Notes under the pieces: generated by a model
The model's input: the letters and a program-made list of their open reading frames with translations, nothing else
Told to the model about the DNA's origin: nothing
Database searches by the model: none
Shown: in pieces, positions 37,850 to 47,201 of the stretch
Numbering within the stretch: position 1 is the first letter of the stretch
Layout of the letters: each line of letters starts with the position of its first letter
Made by a program: the position numbers and the translations under genes
NCBI GenBank assembly: GCA_013042055.1
Contig: JABDQW010000041.1
Span: 1,540-65,539, forward strand
Origin: Gammaproteobacteria bacterium
GTDB taxonomy: Bacteria; Pseudomonadota; Gammaproteobacteria; SZUA-229
Direction of reading: 5' to 3'
DNA: 64,000 nucleotides

Positions 37850-39295
37850 TTATGTATAGCTTTCAAAGTCCCATTCATGTACGGGCTTGTTCGATTGTTG
37901 ATTGTGATAGTAACTCTTTGTCAGTAGCTGCATGTCACGGCCGTTAAGCTCGACGAATTTGCGCTGCCATTGTGTACCCGTCTGCCCGCTTTCGATGCGC
38001 GCTTGGATTATGCCCAGGTAGAAACTGCAGTCGGCGTCTGATATGCCGAGTTTGCTCAGTCCGGTTTCAGCTTCGGATAACAGTTTGTCTAATACCAGAG
38101 TTCGAATAGTGTATTTGTTTCCGTCTGCCCAAAGCAATCGATTACTCAGACCCACTTGTGCTGATCGGTAGAAATTATCTTTAGTTTCGGCAAATGTTAG
38201 CGTCGATTCGGGCGGGTTTACGCAGGTTGCATAGTACTCCACAAGTCCATAATAGAAAGCGATGTTCGCAATATTGTCGACCGTGCTGGCCGCGCTTGAC
38301 ATCGTGCGATGTTCGATTCTCAAGTGAGCTGTGCCATCGTCATCGAAGCCAATGAGCGGTCGATTCCAGCGCCATATCGTGCCATTGTGCAGTCGTAGGT
38401 GGTTCAATTTCTCAGCATCACTGTCGTAGCTCACCGGAAGTAGCACGGGATAGTGCTCAAGATTCTCACTAAAGCATTCGAATAAGGATTCCCGTGCATA
38501 CTGACTACCAAAAGTGACACGATGTAGCGGTCCACTGGCGGCGCCGCCAATGCCACCAATGTCGACGGATTGCTCAAACACCGGTATGCGAGTTTCATAC
38601 CATAGATCCCGATTGAACATAAAAGGTGCATTAGCACCAACTGCAACTAGGGGCGCCGAGAGTACCATCGATGCATTGTAATAACGCACCGCTCTATCTT
38701 GCGGCGTTTGTAAATGTATTTGCAGTGATGTTGACGCAGCTTCGAGCATCACATCCTTGTGTAAGACCTCAAGGTGCTCATTGCCATTGATGTTCAAGCT
38801 GATGGTTTTACCCTTGCGTTGCCTCAGGACCTGCTCGTTAAGGGCCTTGTAGCGGTCCAGCGAAGAAATGTTCTGCAGCGACAGATCGCTGTTGGTCAAT
38901 GTCGGCAATATACCGATACCCAGCATGTTGCAGCCGATATCATTTGATGTTTGCTTGCACTGTTCCCACAGTTTTCGAAGTTGCTCGTCAAAAATACGCA
39001 ATAGATCCTTATTAAAAGGCTGTGGATCTGCATTGAGTTCAATGTTGAACTTGGCCAATTCAGGAAACAAATAAGGATTGTTAGCATGTTCAAGAAATGC
39101 TTCGTTTCGTGGACAAGGCGAAGCGTCATCATCGATCAGCCATGCTTCCAGTTCATAACCTGCTACGGGGTCTTTTGTCGACAAGGCATGATTGTTAAAC
39201 CATTCTGCAAGAATTTCTGTTTCTTGTTTCAGGTGTTTCTGATATTGGTGATAATCGCTTTTTACGAAACGACTATATTTTATTTCTTCACCCAT
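37850..39295 (-). CDS. Glutamate-cysteine ligase family (GshA/GCS2-like) carboxylate-amine ligase.
   Basis: Loose matches to GCL blocks (LQIHLQ; LSAPLVAVGANAPF). The stop abuts the AstE-like gene start. The assignment is tentative. Confidence 0.45.
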   Translation of the reverse strand: MGEEIKYSRFVKSDYHQYQKHLKQETEILAEWFNNHALSTKDPVAGYELEAWLIDDDASPCPRNEAFLEHANNPYLFPELAKFNIELNADPQPFNKDLLRIFDEQLRKLWEQCKQTSNDIGCNMLGIGILPTLTNSDLSLQNISSLDRYKALNEQVLRQRKGKTISLNINGNEHLEVLHKDVMLEAASTSLQIHLQTPQDRAVRYYNASMVLSAPLVAVGANAPFMFNRDLWYETRIPVFEQSVDIGGIGGAASGPLHRVTFGSQYARESLFECFSENLEHYPVLLPVSYDSDAEKLNHLRLHNGTIWRWNRPLIGFDDDGTAHLRIEHRTMSSAASTVDNIANIAFYYGLVEYYATCVNPPESTLTFAETKDNFYRSAQVGLSNRLLWADGNKYTIRTLVLDKLLSEAETGLSKLGISDADCSFYLGIIQARIESGQTGTQWQRKFVELNGRDMQLLTKSYYHNQQSNKPVHEWDFESYT

Positions 39296-39317
39296 GCCAC
39301 GTATCCAGATAATAGAC

Positions 39318-39980
39318 CTAACTTAGAAATGATCGTAATTGAGCTAGCCGCTCAATGGTGCCAATATCGATCCACTTACCATTATATATCTCTCCACTAA
39401 TTTTATTTTGCTCTGCTTTTTTTCTAAGGATGGGTGCAAGTGCCCTTTTTCCCGGTTTTGTACCAGCGAATAACTCTGCTGAGTACAAACCAATGCCGCT
39501 GTAAGTCAGCATATCTTCTCCAATATTGCTAATTAATCCGTTCTCTAAGGCGAAATCACCCCCTGTATTATGCTCTGGATTGTGAACCAGGACGAGGTGG
39601 GCCACTTTGTCCAGCAGTTTGTTGGTGAGTCCAGTAAAATCGTAATCGCACCAGATGTCACCATTGATAACGATGAAGCGGTCCGTGTCTAACAATGGCA
39701 ATGCGTTGATTATTCCACCGGCGGTTTCAAGGGCTTCTTCACCCTCGTCAGAATAGCTTATCTTCGTATGATAGTTTCGGCCATCACCCAAGATGTCCCT
39801 GACTTGATTACCAAGCCACGAAATATTGATAATCACATCCTCAATGCCGGCTCTAGCAAGATTGAGCAGGTGATATTCGATTAGACGGTGTTGACCCACT
39901 TGTATCAAGGGCTTTGGTGTCATGTCAGTATGTGGTCGCAGGCGTTCTCCACGACCTGCGGCCAGGATCATTGCCTTCAT
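39318..39980 (-). CDS. murU: N-acetylmuramate alpha-1-phosphate uridylyltransferase-like nucleotidyltransferase.
   Basis: MKAMILAAGRGERLRP nucleotidyltransferase motif. Adjacent to an AmgK-like kinase, as in Pseudomonas. Confidence 0.7.
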   Translation of the reverse strand: MKAMILAAGRGERLRPHTDMTPKPLIQVGQHRLIEYHLLNLARAGIEDVIINISWLGNQVRDILGDGRNYHTKISYSDEGEEALETAGGIINALPLLDTDRFIVINGDIWCDYDFTGLTNKLLDKVAHLVLVHNPEHNTGGDFALENGLISNIGEDMLTYSGIGLYSAELFAGTKPGKRALAPILRKKAEQNKISGEIYNGKWIDIGTIERLAQLRSFLS

Positions 39981-40137
39981 CGATGGATACTCCCAAACGC
40001 GATCGTTATGTGCGAAAGTTGTGTTGGCACGGCGTTCGGATCCAGGACTAGGAATGCATCTAAACAACCAATCCTCATGTGCTCACCACTGAGTTTTCTG
40101 ATCAAAATGTAATGATCGAATAGTGTAGAGGTATTCA

Positions 40138-41106
40138 TCAAATGACTTCCGGATGGTTTAATACCGTCTTTTCGAGTAGATTGAGTAGGGGTGATAAATC
40201 CTGATATTGGCTGCAGGTGTTTACAATATACTTAAGCGTTAAGGGTAAATCGTGTAGATACTGTGATTTGCCATCACGGTAGTTTAAACGTGCGAATATT
40301 CCCAGTACCTTAAGATGGCGCTGCACACCCATCAAATCGAACCAGCGAATAAAGCACTCTCGTGCAACAGGTAGCTCGATCGATGTTTTATCCAGGTATT
40401 CATCCAGCCAGGTTTCGATTCGTTCTCTTGGCCATTCAATGTAGCAGTCCTTGAACAACGATACCAGGTCATAAGTAAGTGGGCCAATGACTGCGTCCTG
40501 GTAATCAATAACACCGGGATTGTTATCGTCGACCAGCATCAGGTTGCGTGAGTGGTAATCGCGGTGGACGAATACTCTTGGTTGCTGAAGCGCTGAGTCG
40601 ATCAATAGATCGAAGATGTCTCCAAGCACAGATTTCTGTTGATTATCGAGCGCGACTTTCAGGTGTTTGTTCAAGTACCAGGGTTCAAACAGTCCCATTT
40701 CGTCATGCAGGCGCATTCTGTTGTAGTCTGGTAAATGATCTTGTATGCCTTGCATGTTGATCAATGCGGTCAGGGCATCGCCGTATAATCTGTTACTGCT
40801 GTCCTCATCGAGGTGGTCAAGATACTGCCGGTCGCCCAGATCAGCGAGTAGCAGTAGGCCGCGATCAAGGTCCATGCAAATGATCTCAGGCGCGTTGACA
40901 TTAGCGCCGCGCAGGAGTTCGGTGATATGAACGAAAGGCCGACAATCTTCTTTATCAGTTGGCGCATCCATGACGACAAAAGTCTGCCCTGAAAGACGGT
41001 CGGTGACACGAAAATAACGTCGAAAGCTGGCATCGGCAGACGCGGGACGAATATCTGTCAAATCATATTCGTGAATCGATTTTAACCAGTGTTTGAGTTG
41101 CGACAT
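40138..41106 (-). CDS. amgK: Anomeric MurNAc/GlcNAc kinase (aminoglycoside-phosphotransferase-fold).
   Basis: APH-fold motifs (HRDYHSRNLM, DYQD). Paired with murU. Confidence 0.65.
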   Translation of the reverse strand: MSQLKHWLKSIHEYDLTDIRPASADASFRRYFRVTDRLSGQTFVVMDAPTDKEDCRPFVHITELLRGANVNAPEIICMDLDRGLLLLADLGDRQYLDHLDEDSSNRLYGDALTALINMQGIQDHLPDYNRMRLHDEMGLFEPWYLNKHLKVALDNQQKSVLGDIFDLLIDSALQQPRVFVHRDYHSRNLMLVDDNNPGVIDYQDAVIGPLTYDLVSLFKDCYIEWPRERIETWLDEYLDKTSIELPVARECFIRWFDLMGVQRHLKVLGIFARLNYRDGKSQYLHDLPLTLKYIVNTCSQYQDLSPLLNLLEKTVLNHPEVI

Positions 41107-41308
41107 TCGCAAAAAACTATCGTGATTCAATGAAACGGTTCCATCGTTACTACTAACGCGGTACATGTTATCAGCCTTACGAGAATTTTTTTAAATAGAA
41201 AACGGTGTTGTTGTATCAGGGAAATGCGTTCTTGTGCCTCTTCTGTTTCTCTTTTCGAGCAGTCAGCTGGCGCCACGGCAATATTGTGTAAGTGCGGGGA
41301 CAGTGTAA

Positions 41309-41899
41309 CTACCGGCTTCCAACAATCAGTTTTGGTGCCGCACCCTCTTCGATAATGCTGGTGAGTATGCCGCCGTATTCTATCTTCAAGCTGCTGTAGA
41401 CGCGATCGAGCTCCATCCCGAGTATATTTGCAGTTATGACGCGGATGATGCCGGCGTGAGCAACAATGAGTACATTTTCGTTGGTGTGTCTTTTTACGAT
41501 CTCTTGATAAGCCTGCCAGACCCGGTGCGAAAACGATTCCAATGGTTCGGCCCCGTCCGGGCGGTTTCTGATCGGATCTTTATAAAAATGTTCGAGGGCA
41601 TCGGGGCTCAAGCTGAGGATCTCATCGGGGCTCAAACCCTCCCATATACCGAAACCAACCTCTTTGAAACGATCATCGACGCTGTATCCGATTTTGAGCT
41701 TTTTCGACAGCTTTTGTGAAAAGTCCAGGCAACGTGAGAGGGGCGAAGTGGTGATGTGCCGCCAACTCGTGCGATCGGCAACAGCATCCCACATCTGCTG
41801 CCAGCCTGCGTCCGTCAACGGGTCATCAACACCGTGCCCACGATATCGGCGGCCTCCTACTGGCTCGCCGTGGCGGATAACGTCTATTCGTGTAGTCAT
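41309..41899 (-). CDS. Histidine phosphatase family protein (phosphoglycerate-mutase-like).
   Basis: RHGE catalytic motif at the N-terminus. About 196 aa. Confidence 0.75.
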   Translation of the reverse strand: MTTRIDVIRHGEPVGGRRYRGHGVDDPLTDAGWQQMWDAVADRTSWRHITTSPLSRCLDFSQKLSKKLKIGYSVDDRFKEVGFGIWEGLSPDEILSLSPDALEHFYKDPIRNRPDGAEPLESFSHRVWQAYQEIVKRHTNENVLIVAHAGIIRVITANILGMELDRVYSSLKIEYGGILTSIIEEGAAPKLIVGSR

Positions 41900-41980
41900 T
41901 GTCAGTTACGCGGCATTACTGCATGTCAGCGGCCATATTACATCTGTCATAGAATGCTGATATGTTATTGAGTGTCTATG

Positions 41981-42826
41981 TTACCCTAGCCAGCCGCCTA
42001 AAGTGAGTAAGGCGAGCACTGCTATCCAGATTAAAATCGACCGCGTGACCAGGTTTTTTGCAGTTATTATGCTGGATATTTCATCCGTCGCTTCATGGTC
42101 GCGCAGTGCGCCCATTCCGGTATTCACCAGAACATCGTAGTTGTCGAGCGCAAGATCGGGCTCGTATGGCCTGTTGCGATAGGCCTGTAAGGCGCCATCA
42201 AAATGTCCGGTCAAGGCATAGCCAAGCGCTAGCATTCTAGCCGGTACCCATGTCAATACGGCCTGAAACAGCATCGAAACGGCTGTCAGGCTATCGTCAA
42301 GACCGTGGTGTTTACTCAGATTAGTTGTCAAACGATACAATACTGCGCCAACCGGACCGATAATGACAAACCAGAAGATCACGGCGAAAATACGTTCATT
42401 AGCGACGTACAATATGGCGCGGGTAACGTCATTGGTTTGTTGATCGGGTGCCGACGATGCGGCACGCTCTGTCAATGCGCTGGCGAAATGCAACGCTTCA
42501 TCTTGATCGCCAAGGCGGCGGGCATCCAGGTAGTACTCAATATCGCTACTCAGGCATGCTGGCCCGAGACAGTAAGCAAAGACGAGTATGCCAAACAACA
42601 GATGGAGAAAACCCAGGAATATGTCCGAGAGCAGGTATTGAATGGTGGCGATGACCAGCACCGGAAGTATCAGTACTGCTATGGTTTGTACGACTCCGTT
42701 TGAAGGAGGAAGCAGGCGCAATACTGAATTGGTGTAATATTCAAACCAGGACAAGTCTCGGAGATCGTGCAGGTGCCTGAAGGCACGATCGAACATAAGA
42801 CCAATGATTATAGATATGAGTGCCAT
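41981..42826 (-). CDS. ampE: AmpE-like membrane protein.
   Basis: Polytopic protein of about 281 aa immediately downstream of ampD, as in the E. coli ampDE operon. Confidence 0.55.
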   Translation of the reverse strand: MALISIIIGLMFDRAFRHLHDLRDLSWFEYYTNSVLRLLPPSNGVVQTIAVLILPVLVIATIQYLLSDIFLGFLHLLFGILVFAYCLGPACLSSDIEYYLDARRLGDQDEALHFASALTERAASSAPDQQTNDVTRAILYVANERIFAVIFWFVIIGPVGAVLYRLTTNLSKHHGLDDSLTAVSMLFQAVLTWVPARMLALGYALTGHFDGALQAYRNRPYEPDLALDNYDVLVNTGMGALRDHEATDEISSIITAKNLVTRSILIWIAVLALLTLGGWLG

Positions 42827-43167
42827 AAATCAACAGCTAGCAATGTCGTCTGTCAGCTGTGAGCAGAATGTACATGGACAATCCCCCTTTTAGTACGCGT
42901 GTATTGTTGTTGTGCACGACAGCTGGCTACGTTGCAGCCACTGCAGGGCTCCATTCTCCAAATGCATTGGTCGTTCAGCATTGTGGTGTTGACGACTTCA
43001 TCGACGACTGTACCTGATTTCGTTCAGCATTGTGCGTCTCATTGGCCCGTTATTGGTTGGTTTTGCCTCAGACCTGGTTGATTTTTGTTCGAACCCTGCT
43101 GACAGGGGCACACAAACAGATTTAACCACGCTACACACAACTAATAATAGCTGTCTGCGCGTGTTTT

Positions 43168-43716
43168 TCAGCTCAGTAAAGAAGAAAGTTTATCCCAGTC
43201 AAATCCAGTGCCCGGGTCAGTTTTACGCCCCGGGGCGATATCTGAATGCCCGGCAATACGTTGTGCCGTGAGCGACGGGTATTGTTTACACAGCGCTTTG
43301 ACAAGTTCGACCAGTGTCTGGTATTGACCGTTCTCAAAAGAATCGTGATCGGTACCCTCTAGCTCAATGCCGATTGAAAAATCATTACAGCATTGTTTGC
43401 CTTGATAGCACGATTCACCCGCGTGCCAGGCACGCTTGTGAAACGGAACAAACTGGATAATACTGCCATCGCGTCGGATCAATGCGTGGGCAGAGACCTC
43501 CAATTGATGTATCTGCTTAAAATACGGGTGCGCATCGGCCGGTAAGGTGTTGGTGAACAGCTGGGTTACGCGCTCGTTACCGTATTCACCGGGGGGCAGG
43601 CTGATCGAATGAATAACGAGCAAATTAATTTCGGCATGCTTCGGCCTGTCATCCATATTCGGAGACGGGGTATACACTGCTTGCCTGAGCAGATGGGTAG
43701 CAGGGTCAATCTGCAT
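43168..43716 (-). CDS. ampD: 1,6-anhydro-N-acetylmuramyl-L-alanine amidase AmpD.
   Basis: Amidase_2 motifs (VIHSISLPPGEY, AWHAGES, GHSDIAPGRKTDPG). Confidence 0.85.
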   Translation of the reverse strand: MQIDPATHLLRQAVYTPSPNMDDRPKHAEINLLVIHSISLPPGEYGNERVTQLFTNTLPADAHPYFKQIHQLEVSAHALIRRDGSIIQFVPFHKRAWHAGESCYQGKQCCNDFSIGIELEGTDHDSFENGQYQTLVELVKALCKQYPSLTAQRIAGHSDIAPGRKTDPGTGFDWDKLSSLLS

Positions 43717-43722
43717 GCGGGC

Positions 43723-43970
43723 TAGCCCGTATTTCTCATCAGGATCACGGGAGCAGGCGCAGGATTCGTGTTCGTAAGCGCCGCTCTGGAGCGAAAAGCG
43801 TAGCCATAGCTACGGTTTGAGTGAAGAGCAAGCTTACGGACACGAAGACTAGCCTGAACCGAGATAGGCATGCTTGAATTACACACTGTATTTTTAATCA
43901 TCCCGACTTTTCTCCAAAAGGACCAATGCTTTCTCTGTTTTCTGCGCCGCCTGGTGAGAAATACGGGTTA
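43723..43970. mobile_element. MITE family 1, full copy between ampD and coq7.
   Basis: TIRs TAGCCCGTATTTCTCATCAGG ... CCTGGTGAGAAATACGGGTTA. The right-end TAA, read on the minus strand, is the coq7 stop codon. Confidence 0.8.
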
Positions 43971-44606
43971 GATCCAATACGTGCTGCCTGTCATGACTTT
44001 TGACATTGCCTGCATCAGCTTTTTCATCGGGAACGGTAAGGATTTTCCGCCATGATCGAGCGCCGTTGTGGCATGTTTGGCCTCATCGATTTTCATTTGC
44101 TCGAGTATAGCGCGGCTGCGACCGTCACAAGCAGGTAGTTTCTCGAGATGCGAATCAAGGTGCCGGACAACCTGATGCTCTGTCTCCGCGAGGAAGCCCA
44201 GGTTCCATCTGTCACCAAGTGCGCCGGCAAAAACACCAATGGCAAAAGAGCCGGTATACCATAGTGGGTTGAGAAGGCTGGTTCGTTCACCCAGTTCTCG
44301 CAATCGGTTTTGTGTCCATACCAGGTGATCGTTTTCTTCGAGTGCGGCTTGTTCCAGTTTTTGGCGAACCGCATCATTCTGCGCAGTGAGCGACTGTCCC
44401 TGGTACAAGGCTTGTGCTGAAACTTCGCCTGCGTGGTTAATTCGCATCAATCCGGCGACGTGCCTGTTTTCCGCTGCATCGAGCTCGCATTCTTCGATGC
44501 TTTGCGCAGGATAAGGGCGATGCGTGGCCACAGGTTTGCCGGCAATGGTACGCAATGCGGTGTCGGTATGCATCAGAAATCGGTCAAATAGGCTGTAGTG
44601 TCTCAT
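43968..44606 (-). CDS. coq7: Demethoxyubiquinone hydroxylase Coq7 (di-iron carboxylate).
   Basis: Ferritin-like ExxH motifs (EENDHL, ETEHQVVRHL, DEAKHA). Confidence 0.85.
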   Translation of the reverse strand: MRHYSLFDRFLMHTDTALRTIAGKPVATHRPYPAQSIEECELDAAENRHVAGLMRINHAGEVSAQALYQGQSLTAQNDAVRQKLEQAALEENDHLVWTQNRLRELGERTSLLNPLWYTGSFAIGVFAGALGDRWNLGFLAETEHQVVRHLDSHLEKLPACDGRSRAILEQMKIDEAKHATTALDHGGKSLPFPMKKLMQAMSKVMTGSTYWI

Positions 44607-44689
44607 AACTCGAATAGGTAGTTGGAATCAATTCTGCCTTGCGTTGAATGCACTTACAATAACCGTTATTTTACTCACAGGAGCGGCGT

Positions 44690-44998
44690 ATGTCTTTCTA
44701 TCAATACCACGTATTTTTCTGTACCAACGAGCGGCAACAGGGCGAACAATGCTGCGAACAATGCAACGCAACAGCAATCCGCAATTATGCCAAGGATCGA
44801 ATCAAGCAATTGGGTCTGGCTGGGCCGGGAAATGTTCGCATCAATACGGCTGGATGTCTGGATCGCTGCGAACTGGGCCCCGTCATTGTCGTTTATCCGG
44901 AAGAGGTTTGGTACACCTATCTTGATCGTGAAGATGTCGATGAAATCATTAGCGAGCATCTGATCAATGGCCGTGTTGTGCGCAGATTGATTATATAA
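44690..44998 (+). CDS. Thioredoxin-like [2Fe-2S] ferredoxin-domain protein.
   Basis: Cys pattern C11...C21C...C25 / C56...C60 with the (2Fe-2S) ferredoxin fold signature VFFCTN. Confidence 0.6.
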   Translation: MSFYQYHVFFCTNERQQGEQCCEQCNATAIRNYAKDRIKQLGLAGPGNVRINTAGCLDRCELGPVIVVYPEEVWYTYLDREDVDEIISEHLINGRVVRRLII

Positions 44999-45075
44999 GT
45001 TGCTGTAAATAAAAGGAGTAATCTTAGATTGTTGCGAATCGAACCTGGCCAACCTTAACATAACCTTAAAAAAGC

Positions 45076-45104
45076 TTGACAGTGACATCATTATATTAGA
45101 TAAT
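45076..45104 (+). promoter_or_regulatory. Sigma70-like promoter TTGACA-17-GATAAT upstream of rplM-rpsI.
   Basis: Consensus -35 hexamer, 17-nt spacer and a 5/6 match at -10. A/T-rich upstream. Confidence 0.35.
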
Positions 45105-45305
45105 TCTAATACGCTCTGAAATGAGTAACTATTTCTACTCCTCCATCCTCCCTTTGGTGGTTTAAGCGCGGATTTTTATCCGCGCCTTTTTTTGTCCCAA
45201 ATATGCTGAAAACGCTTGTCGCTGGTGGCTATTTTCTGTATCATTGCGCGTCTTTGTCTCGCGCCCTTTGGGTGCTCACAACCTTGATTTGATTGGATTT
45301 GTTCA

Positions 45306-45734
45306 ATGAAAACATTCAGCGCCAAAGCGGAAACCGTAGAACGGGATTGGTTCCTGATCGATGCCGAGGGCAAAAAGTTAGGTCGGTTAGCCTCCGAGAT
45401 TGCTCGTCGCTTACGCGGCAAACACAAAGCGGTATACACACCGCATGTCGATACCGGGGATTACATTATCGTGATTAATGCTGAAAAAGTTGCTATCAGC
45501 GGCAACAAGGCTAGAGACAAGATTTACTACCGGCATTCGGGTTACCTGGGTGGAATGAAAGAGATCAACTTCGAAGACCTGATACAAAAAGCACCTGAGC
45601 TCGTCATCGAGACAGCGGTAAAAGGGATGTTGCCCAAGAATCCGCTGGGTAGAGCAATGTTTCGCAAGCTCAAGGTATACGCGGGTACGGAACACAAACA
45701 TGCTGCGCAACAACCGCAAGTATTAGATATTTAA
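45306..45734 (+). CDS. rplM: 50S ribosomal protein L13.
   Basis: Full-length 142-aa L13 sequence. Confidence 0.95.
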   Translation: MKTFSAKAETVERDWFLIDAEGKKLGRLASEIARRLRGKHKAVYTPHVDTGDYIIVINAEKVAISGNKARDKIYYRHSGYLGGMKEINFEDLIQKAPELVIETAVKGMLPKNPLGRAMFRKLKVYAGTEHKHAAQQPQVLDI

Positions 45735-45747
45735 AGGGTTATTTAGA

Positions 45748-46137
45748 ATGGCAGATAGTTACTACGCAACCGGTCGTCGCAAATCCTCGAGTGCCCGAGT
45801 CTACCTGAATAATGGCAGTGGCAACATCACGATCAATGGCAGGCCCCTTGATGTGTTCTTTGGTCGACAAACAACCCGCATGATCGTTCGTCAGCCGCTC
45901 GATGTTGTTGAAATGAATGACAAATTCGATGTCAATGTCAAGGTTAGCGGTGGCGGTAACTCTGGTCAGGCCGGTGCTATTCGTCACGGTATTACGCGTG
46001 CGTTGATCGAATACGACGAGGCACTTCGCAAAGATCTGCGTAAAGCGGGCTTTGTAACGCGCGATGCGCGTGAAGTCGAGCGGAAGAAGGTCGGTTTGCG
46101 CAAGGCTCGTCGCGCGACTCAATTCTCGAAACGATAA
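45748..46137 (+). CDS. rpsI: 30S ribosomal protein S9.
   Basis: Full-length 129-aa S9 ending in RRAPQFSKR. Confidence 0.95.
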   Translation: MADSYYATGRRKSSSARVYLNNGSGNITINGRPLDVFFGRQTTRMIVRQPLDVVEMNDKFDVNVKVSGGGNSGQAGAIRHGITRALIEYDEALRKDLRKAGFVTRDAREVERKKVGLRKARRATQFSKR

Positions 46138-46206
46138 AATCGTTCCGAGAAGTGGCGAGGGAAAAGTCACTAGGGAAGAGGTACTATCAGATGGAAGTTA
46201 TTAGCA

Positions 46207-46560
46207 ATGGAAGCGCTCAAGAATCTTACTGTATGGAAGCGGGCTTGCCGTTTGTCTGTTGAATTGTATAAAGCGACGGCTAACTGTAAAGAACATAGTT
46301 TCAAAGATCAATTAACGCGTGCCGGGCTTTCAATAGCATAAAACATTGCCGAGGGTTATGAGCGAGACAGTGTCCGTGCACGACTCCAGTATCTTTATGT
46401 TGCCTAGGGGTCTTGTGGCGAAGTCTGGACCTAATTGATGATTGCACGATCTGCAGGTTTTATGGACTCAGCGATATGCAAAGAGCTGCAATGCGAAACA
46501 GTTGAAATCTCAAACATGATTTGGGGATTGATTAAGCATTATAAAAAAACAGTTGAATAA
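46207..46560 (+). pseudogene. Four-helix-bundle protein (23S rRNA intervening-sequence protein family) pseudogene with three in-frame nonsense codons.
   Basis: A single frame reads MEALKNLTVWKRACRLSVELYKATANCKEHSFKDQLTRAGLSIA*NIAEGYERDS...YLYVA*GSCGEVWT*LMIA...ISNMIWGLIKHYKK, matching the family consensus with S, L and Q replaced by stops. Confidence 0.6.
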
Positions 46561-46606
46561 CCTCTCCACTCGTCCCTTGTAACTTGTAACTTGTACCTGT
46601 ATTAAT

Positions 46607-46680
46607 TGGGGAATCGTCTAACGGCAGGACAGCGGACTCTGACTCCGCCAATCTAGGTTCAAATCCTAGTTCCCCAGCCA
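46607..46680 (+). tRNA. tRNA-Gln (anticodon CUG).
   Basis: Cloverleaf: 7-bp acceptor stem TGGGGAA/TTCCCCA, anticodon loop CTCTGAC, T-loop TTCAAAT, 3' GCCA. Similar to E. coli tRNA-Gln. Confidence 0.75.
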
Positions 46681-47201
46681 AAACTCCAGTAGTACCAAAT
46701 GTGGCTGTTACCTGATGTTAGCCAAATAACCTCACCCCGTTCAGTGGCCGTTTGGGCTGCCTATGTAACGAAATCCGACTTAGTATTACTGCGATTTACT
46801 GTTTGATCAACTGCCTGTCTACTTGTGACGAACGATTTTGCGTCGTGACCTTGCAGCGATCGTTCAGAGGGATATTTTTGCAAAAATATTGTAAGAACGT
46901 GATCCAGGTCACTTAACTTGGTATAGCATCAAATTTATTGAGGTAATTCCTGCATTTTTGCCGGCAAATGCCTGAAAAAAAACATTATCGCTCTTGCAAT
47001 TTCACAATATCTGAATATACTGCACCTAATCCTCCGAGACTACGCTTTGTGTATCTTGTGGGATTTCATTCGAAAATTATTGCTTGCTCACATAAGACCT
47101 GGTAAACAGGCAGAAGTTTAATGAGATGCGAAAAAGTTTCGGATGGTTATTTTGTAATCATAGCTATGATGATAAATTAACTAATGCAGGAGTCTTGCAT
47201 A

